A DNA stretch of 32,000 nt from Ruminococcus albus 7 = DSM 20455 (lineage in GTDB: Bacteria; Bacillota; Clostridia; Oscillospirales; Ruminococcaceae). Under the pieces are notes generated by a model, which was not told where the DNA came from, searched no databases, and saw only the letters and a list, made by a program, of their open reading frames with translations. Positions within the stretch are counted from its first letter, which is position 1. Each line of letters opens with the position of its first letter. Shown here piece after piece: positions 31,521-32,000 of the stretch. Both the position numbers and the translations under genes were made by a program. Where the stretch lies: assembly GCF_000179635.2 (NCBI RefSeq), contig NC_014824.1:388707-420706 (forward strand), in the 5' to 3' direction.

Positions 31521-32000
31521 GAAAATCGTATTTGAAACCGCATGGCAAAAAAGAATCAAGTACATAATCGTTGAGATCAGCGGCGAAACCACCAAGCTTC
31601 CGAAGGCTTTGATGGGTGCCGATACACATAGACGTGGCTCGAATGTATAGAAAGCAAGCTGAAGCCTGATTATTTCGGCGCTAATCTACGCTCCCAGCGG
31701 AACAAGTTCCTCGCTGGTATTGTGACGGCAATCAGGAATGGTGCATTTCTGAGTCCGTATCGTCGCTTTTTTACGGCATATGCAATCCTTTTTCACATAT
31801 CAGATTGTTTTATTGCCATCATGCACCTCTTTTTCACTTTTGAGCGAAACACACATCTATGTTAACATTTTTATACATCTATAGTATACCACTTTGTATA
31901 CAAAAAAGCAAGAAAACAAATGCAATTTCCACGAAAGAGGGATGTTGCTATGACAAAAAAATAATACAAGGCAAAAAAGGGAGGTATCAAAAAGTATACC

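Noticed and set aside
1-32000. CRISPR arrays, tRNA genes and rRNA genes
   Set aside because: I found no regularly spaced direct repeats, no cloverleaf-like GC-rich segments of 70-90 nt and no rRNA-like conserved blocks. This was scanned by eye only, so a short or degenerate array could have been missed.

Overview
This window is a mosaic of accessory and mobile DNA. RBS and codon style suggest a low-GC Firmicutes or Clostridia host, but the taxon is a guess.

**Left (1-4334, minus strand).** A cluster of signal-peptide surface proteins: three small paralogs, one large paralog with a Gly-rich beta-helix-like C-domain, and one membrane-anchored protein. The cluster is interrupted by an AT-rich cytoplasmic PI-PLC-like gene.

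**Centre (about 4.4-18.2 kb).** An AT-rich phage-, plasmid- or ICE-like block, almost entirely on the plus strand, made of 1-3-gene units. The genes are:
- small acidic ORFs
- a YodL-like protein
- a dNMP-kinase-like P-loop protein
- an orphan beta-class DNA methyltransferase
- a DnaG-type primase
- a MazF toxin followed by a Zn-ribbon protein
- TnpB with its omega-RNA region
- SSB
- two lipoproteins, one of them a non-specific nuclease

Each unit ends in an intrinsic terminator and restarts from the same unusual promoter module, TTTTAT-N8-ATTTTC-N3-TATAAT (11 copies). Seven copies are followed by a position-locked leader box, TTGATAAYTGGAG. This repeated transcription architecture is the most interesting and least explained signal I can see. 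The block abuts a decayed 3' fragment of an FGGY sugar kinase at about 18.18 kb.

**Right.** A visibly more GC-rich patch carries:
- a WYL regulator
- a cytoplasmic LRR protein
- a GIY-YIG nuclease
- an operon of a YqiA-like hydrolase, a small protein and a tandem CX5R phosphatase-like protein
- a duplicated promoter/terminator intergenic element
- an IS3-family element

AT-rich DNA then resumes with a sigma-70-family factor, two large unknown proteins, and a HEPN-like/Zn-ribbon gene split by an IS1595-family insertion.

No rRNA, tRNA or CRISPR array was seen. All functional calls come from motif recognition by eye; no database search was possible.
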